Source: a bacterium (GTDB lineage Bacteria > UBA8248). From it: a DNA stretch of 64,000 nucleotides. The translations under genes and the position numbers were made by a program. The notes under the pieces are model-generated. The model saw nothing but the letters and a program-made list of their open reading frames with translations. It was not told where the DNA came from and searched no databases. The stretch covers positions 1,664,001 to 1,728,000 of the forward strand of contig OZ253442.1 of the NCBI GenBank assembly GCA_965261085.1, read 5' to 3'. Positions 61,085 through 64,000 of this stretch are shown in pieces (the stretch's first letter is position 1; the number at the start of each line of letters is the position of its first letter).

Positions 61085-62281
61085 ATGCGGGTAGCGATCG
61101 TGCACGATTGGCTCACGAGCATGAGAGGCGGGGAGAAATGCCTCGAGGTGTTTTGTGAGATATACCCGGAGGCGGATATTTTCACGCTGTTTCATCTGCC
61201 GGGTTCGGTTTCTGAGGCCATCGAGCGCCACCGCATACATACCAGCCCCTTACAGTGGATTCCCGGCGCCAAGCGCTGCTATCGCCACATGCTTCCCCTC
61301 ATGCCGACGGCAGTGCGGATGTTCTCCCTCGAGGAATACGATTTCATCCTCTCCAGCTCGCATTGCGTCGCAAAAGGAGCGAAGGGAGGTTATGAAACAT
61401 ATCACCTCAGCTATTGCCATACGCCGATGCGCTACGCCTGGAGCGGGTATGAGGAGTATCTCGCGCGTTTAGGCGGCGCGGCCAAGTGGTTTTTCCCCCG
61501 CCTCGTCGAGTACCTGAGAAAGTGGGACAACGAAGCCAACAGGGGAGTGCATGATTTTATCGCCAACAGCTATACGGTGGCGGAGCGTATCCGTCGCTAT
61601 TACGGCAGAGAAGCAGCGGATGTGCTCTACCCTCCGGTGGATACGGAGTTCTACCAGTCCCGAAATGAGCGCGTATCGGATTATTACCTCATGGTCACGG
61701 CGTTCGCGCCTTACAAGCGCGTCGATGTGGCGGTCGAGGCGTTCGGGCGGCTCGGCCGCCCGCTCATGGTGGTGGGAGAGGGGCAGGATTTCGAGCGCAT
61801 CCGAGTGCTGGGAAAACCGAACGTGGAGTTCCTGGGCTGGCAGGACGATGAAACCATCCGCGAGCTTTACGCGCGGTGCCGCGCCTTCATCTTTCCGGGG
61901 GAGGAGGACTTCGGCATCACCCCGCTCGAGGCCCAGGCGTGCGGTCGTCCGGTTCTCGCCCTGGGCGCGGGTGGCGCGCTCGAAACCGTCGTGGGCGTGA
62001 ATACGCAGGAATATGAAGTTCCGCCGGGCTTCACCCCTTGGGCTGAGGCGGAAGATGACGAAGCGGAGCCTACGGGAATGTTTTTCTCTTGTTCAGAGCC
62101 GTCGCATATCGAAGAAGCCGTCCTGGCGTTCGAGAGGATGGAGCACATGTTTTCTCCTAAAGCCGCGCGCAAACAAGCAGAACGATTCGCTCGTGAGAAC
62201 TTCAAGAAAGCGGCGAGGGAGCGTTTCCGGCGGGGTTGGCTGAATCACCGCGATCGTCTGGAAAAATCGGATGAAATATAA
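61085..62281 (+). CDS. Glycosyltransferase family 4 (mannosyltransferase-like)
   Basis: VHDWL...RGGEK, YCHTPMRY.W, EDFGITPLEAQACG. Confidence 0.92.
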   Translation: MRVAIVHDWLTSMRGGEKCLEVFCEIYPEADIFTLFHLPGSVSEAIERHRIHTSPLQWIPGAKRCYRHMLPLMPTAVRMFSLEEYDFILSSSHCVAKGAKGGYETYHLSYCHTPMRYAWSGYEEYLARLGGAAKWFFPRLVEYLRKWDNEANRGVHDFIANSYTVAERIRRYYGREAADVLYPPVDTEFYQSRNERVSDYYLMVTAFAPYKRVDVAVEAFGRLGRPLMVVGEGQDFERIRVLGKPNVEFLGWQDDETIRELYARCRAFIFPGEEDFGITPLEAQACGRPVLALGAGGALETVVGVNTQEYEVPPGFTPWAEAEDDEAEPTGMFFSCSEPSHIEEAVLAFERMEHMFSPKAARKQAERFARENFKKAARERFRRGWLNHRDRLEKSDEI

Positions 62282-62372
62282 TGAGTAAGAGAGTAACACT
62301 GATAAGATAAGGTTGCTTGAAAGCGCCTTGCACGAGGAACTTTTGGCCGGACCCGACAAGGAATGTCATGTC

Positions 62373-63761
62373 GTGTTGCGCAAATACGGCCAATTGAACG
62401 CGCTTTTTCTCTTTGGTGGAGACGTCATCGCGCTGATTTCGGCCTGGTTCGTGGCGTATTGGCTGCGTTTCGTCGCGGAGATAGTTCCCGTTCCTTCCGG
62501 GTATCCCGATTTCAGCGTTTATCTCGTTTCGCTTTTCGTGATACTGCTCATTTGGCTCATCGCTTCGGGCATAACGCGTTTGTACCATTACCGTGCCGGC
62601 CTCAATCGCACTCAGGAGGTCATTCGGCTCACGAGCACGTTGGCCTGGACGGTTCTGTTGTTCGCCTTCTTCACGTTTTTCTATCGCAAACAAAGCTACA
62701 GCAGATTGTTGGTTGTTCTGTTCATGGGCCTGGGGCCTGTTTTTCTTTTCTCGGTTCGGCGTCTGGTCTGGTCCTTCATCAGACGCTTGAGGCGTCGAGG
62801 CGTAGACGTGCGGCGCATCCTCATCGCAGGAACAACGCCTATCGCTCGCCGGATCGCCGCTCATTTGGAGACGTATCGATATCTTGGCTTTCATGTCGTG
62901 GGACACCTCTGCGAGGGAGATGCCGCAGAAGACGCGCCTGTGCTCGGGAAATTGGGGGAAGTGCGCGAAGTCGTGACGCAAGAGAGAATCCATGAAGTCT
63001 ACGTGGCGCTTCCCCCGAATTCGCGCGCCGCGCAGGAGGAATTGCTGAACGTTCTGGCGGACTCGAGTGTCGATGTCCGCCTGGTGCCCGATATCGTCGA
63101 ACACATGCGGCTGAACGCCGGGATTGAGGAACTCGATGGTTTGCCGGTGATCCTTTTGTCGCAAACACCTCTTCTGGGCTGGAATCGGTGGGTGAAAGTG
63201 GTATTGGATTATTCTTTGGGAACCTTGGCGTTGCTCGTTTTCAGCCCGCTCATGGTGGTCATTGCGCTCGTCGTGAAGTGGACGAGCCGGGGACCCGTTC
63301 TGTATCGCCAGGAGAGAATGGGCCTGGACGGCGAGCGGTTTCGCATGTACAAGTTTCGCTCCATGAGGGTGGATGCGGAAGCGGAGTCGGGCGAGGTTTG
63401 GACGAGGGAAGACGATGAGCGGCGCACCCGGTTCGGCGCTTTCTTAAGAAAGACGAGTCTCGATGAGTTGCCGCAGTTGTTCAACGTGTTGCGCGGTGAA
63501 ATGAGCCTCGTGGGTCCGAGGCCTGAGCGTCCGGTTTTCGTGGAGAAATTCAGAGCCTCCGTTCCCGATTACATGCTGCGCCACAAAATGAAATCCGGAA
63601 TAACGGGCTGGGCGCAGGTGAATGGGTGGCGCGGAAACACGTCGATAGAAAAAAGAATCGAATTCGATTTACACTATATCGAGAACTGGTCCTTGGGCTT
63701 TGACATCAAGATTTTATGGCTCACCTTCTGGAAAGGACTACTAAACAAAAATGCGTATTAG
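62373..63761 (+). CDS. Undecaprenyl-phosphate glucose phosphotransferase (WcaJ-like)
   Basis: N-terminal TM helices; YKFRSM, SLDELPQL.NV..GEMSLVGPRPE, GITGWAQV.G.RG. Confidence 0.93.
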   Translation: MLRKYGQLNALFLFGGDVIALISAWFVAYWLRFVAEIVPVPSGYPDFSVYLVSLFVILLIWLIASGITRLYHYRAGLNRTQEVIRLTSTLAWTVLLFAFFTFFYRKQSYSRLLVVLFMGLGPVFLFSVRRLVWSFIRRLRRRGVDVRRILIAGTTPIARRIAAHLETYRYLGFHVVGHLCEGDAAEDAPVLGKLGEVREVVTQERIHEVYVALPPNSRAAQEELLNVLADSSVDVRLVPDIVEHMRLNAGIEELDGLPVILLSQTPLLGWNRWVKVVLDYSLGTLALLVFSPLMVVIALVVKWTSRGPVLYRQERMGLDGERFRMYKFRSMRVDAEAESGEVWTREDDERRTRFGAFLRKTSLDELPQLFNVLRGEMSLVGPRPERPVFVEKFRASVPDYMLRHKMKSGITGWAQVNGWRGNTSIEKRIEFDLHYIENWSLGFDIKILWLTFWKGLLNKNAY

Positions 63762-63782
63762 ACGGCGTCATGGGTGGAGAGA

Positions 63783-64000
63783 ATGAGCGATATCCGGATC
63801 ATCGCCGTCATACCCGCTCGCTGGGCTTCCACACGCTTTCCGGGAAAGCCGCTGGCTTTATTGTGCGGGCGTCCCATGATTGAATATGTGTATAGACGCG
63901 CATCAAGGTCGGCGTTGGTGGATTCTGTCTGCGTTGCCACCGATGATGAGCGGATAGCCGATGCGGTGCGCGGATTCGGCGGGAATGTGAAGATGACACG
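63783..64000 (+). CDS. kdsB: 3-deoxy-manno-octulosonate cytidylyltransferase (3'-truncated by window edge)
   Basis: Manual translation [25 protein letters not shown]...MIEYVY.RA......VATDDERI. Confidence 0.92.
   Translation, partial: MSDIRIIAVIPARWASTRFPGKPLALLCGRPMIEYVYRRASRSALVDSVCVATDDERIADAVRGFGGNVKMT

Overview
This 64-kb window comes from a GC-rich Gram-negative bacterium (TonB system, LPS/Kdo genes). The backbone is catabolic and housekeeping: a molybdo-hydroxylase, an FAD oxidoreductase, a B12 uptake operon under two tandem cobalamin riboswitches, tandem CocE hydrolases, three tandem beta-hydroxyacid dehydrogenases, nth, ino1, moeB, a glycosyltransferase/WcaJ/kdsB cluster and tRNA-Arg(CCG). 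Intergenic spaces hold many REP/MITE-like palindromes. Several AT-richer inserts interrupt the backbone. The standout is a stand-alone group-II-like reverse transcriptase (FIDD motif) fused to RNase H (30504-32252). It is preceded by a sigma70-like promoter and two near-identical, highly structured 136-bp direct repeats around a 255-bp spacer, making it a candidate RT/ncRNA system. Other inserts are a TIR / membrane protein / TIR operon with an integrase remnant at the tRNA, a methylase-HNH fusion, a methylase plus HNH RM pair, and a hydrolase cassette bracketed by a duplicated gene end. Two frameshifted TbpB-like surface lipoproteins sit behind a repeated promoter/RNA-like array. All calls come from reading motifs by eye; no searches or folding programs were run.
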